NCBI GenBank assembly: GCA_973895155.1
Contig: OZ316893.1
Coordinates: 12,354,359 to 12,418,358 of the forward strand
Direction: 5' to 3'
Source: Marsupella aquatica
Taxonomy: Eukaryota; Plantae; Marchantiophyta
DNA: 64,000 nt
Part shown: in pieces, positions 63,357 through 64,000 of the stretch
Numbering within the stretch: the stretch's first letter is position 1
Layout of the letters: every line of letters begins with the position of its first letter
The notes under the pieces: model-generated
Told to the model about the DNA's origin: nothing
What the model saw: only the letters and a program-made list of their open reading frames with translations
Database searches by the model: none
Position numbers and translations under genes: made by a program

Positions 63357-64000
63357 ACGGTCCACTGTCGCTGGTATATCTATCACTTCTCAGCTGTCTG
63401 AACAGCTCCATCTTCTGAGGGACAGATTGCACCAAAGTCTCTTCAGATTCCATCATGGGTTGCATCTCGAAATCCTCTCGACCCCACCCTGTTTTCAATT
63501 TTCTGGAAAGTGAATTATCAATCATCTGCCTGTGTTTCACCGAATTTGAAAACCCTTCATCCATAATCCTTGTGAATGGGGAAGTAACATGATTGACCGC
63601 ATGAGAAGCCGCTTGTATTTTGAGCTCTGATATCATGTGAACTGCATGCAGCACTATGTTGGCAGCATGACCGGCGAGCATGACATTTTCAATATCACCC
63701 ACAGCATCAGCAAGAGCATGGAACACATCTGCGAATCGAGGGTAGCTAGCAACATAGCTTTCAGAGTCCTCCCTCCTCTGAAGAGACGAGTCCCCATCAT
63801 CCTCAGCTCTCGTCTCAACGACAAGACCGTTATCATCCGGATCATCTTCAGAGTCCAAATCACAGGGGGTTGAATTGGACGCAGAATTTGGTAATGAACC
63901 ATGCTCCTTGACAGGTTTGTCATGATCCAGGAACATGCAATTAAGACCCCCTTGTTGTGCACCAACGCGAGTCTTATATGTCTGAACTGCTCTGTGCCCG
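63357..64000 (-). CDS. Partial exon of an unidentified gene extending beyond the window
   Basis: The frame of ORF 63355-63936 stays open to position 64000 and ends at a GTAAGC donor-like site near 63358. It has an acidic tract and a helical segment. No family recognised. Confidence 0.55.

Overview
Eukaryotic, intron-containing land-plant DNA (bryophyte-like by inference), read by eye with no database searches; all family assignments rest on motif recall. Two host genes are clear. A Dabb (stress-responsive alpha/beta barrel) gene at 1.8-4.9 kb has one first exon and two tandemly duplicated, intact terminal exons. A 9-exon choline/ethanolamine kinase lies on the minus strand at 45.8-49.3 kb, and an unidentified exon runs off the right edge. 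Between them is a nest of transposons. A young Ty1/Copia (5925-11757) carries an extra antisense ORF with an RNase H1 hybrid-binding (Cauli_VI) domain. An old decayed coiled-coil ORF lies at 12.7-17.4 kb. A second Copia (17502-39901) is split by a 16.35-kb CACTA/EnSpm transposon (19751-36102). Besides its transposase and a TnpA-like gene, the CACTA carries a co-oriented cassette of open single-domain ORFs: an EDM2-type PHD cassette, tandem Pol-lambda-like BRCT domains, an F-box mini-protein and a Cys/His-rich ORF. This cassette is the best candidate for an undescribed system, possibly a transposon-encoded anti-silencing and repair-manipulation module. MITEs, microsatellites and short tandem repeats fill the rest.
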